Below, in pieces: positions 63,883 through 64,000 of a stretch of DNA of 64,000 nt. Positions within the stretch are counted from its first letter, which is position 1. Each line of letters begins with the position of its first letter. The notes under the pieces were generated by a model that was not told the origin of the DNA, searched no databases, and saw only the letters and a program-made list of their open reading frames with translations. The translations under genes and the position numbers were made by a program. The DNA lies in NCBI GenBank assembly GCA_904063045.1, contig CAJFCJ010000025.1, positions 62,001 through 126,000 of the forward strand. The letters are read 5' to 3'. The DNA is from Dimorphilus gyrociliatus (lineage: Eukaryota > Animalia > Annelida).

Positions 63883-64000
63883 CTGTTAAAATATAAAGTT
63901 GTTTATATTATATATTTAATGATTTACATAATAAACAACTGCAAAGCCTATTTTACTATATGCCAGAAAATATAAAACAAAGGTAAATATCGTCCGATGT

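Overview
AT-rich, intron-containing animal genomic DNA, not prokaryotic. Very short introns plus lophotrochozoan-type protocadherin and Domeless-like genes suggest a compact spiralian genome, possibly an annelid (inference). The left ~39 kb is gene-poor and rich in regulatory-looking islands. It holds the 3' end of a single-pass receptor with a long Tyr-bearing tail, an intronless c-Jun, a 7-repeat protocadherin, a plant-DWF5-type sterol delta-7 reductase and an ~11 kb stretch with no gene I could model. The right ~25 kb is gene-dense: TMEM45-like, two tandem Domeless/gp130-like receptors with short tails, a multi-repeat stathmin, an Arg/Ser/Lys/Cys-rich repeat protein, an atypical thioredoxin (WCKTC), PSMG1, RBM12-like and the 3' end of ATG4C/D. 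The strongest observations are: (1) the two receptors have unrelated-looking N-terminal ligand-binding exons but share a ~1 kb, ~99% identical membrane-proximal block, so they look like chimeric decoy-type receptors; (2) the jun promoter has the CCAAT-TGACATCA-MEF2-TATA order I recall from the mammalian c-jun promoter; (3) CTCF-like motifs cluster upstream of the protocadherin; (4) the sterol reductase is plant-type; (5) a protamine-like Cys/RS protein gene sits next to an atypical thioredoxin. All gene models were spliced by hand and no database searches were run. No rRNA, tRNA, CRISPR array or recognisable transposon was found.
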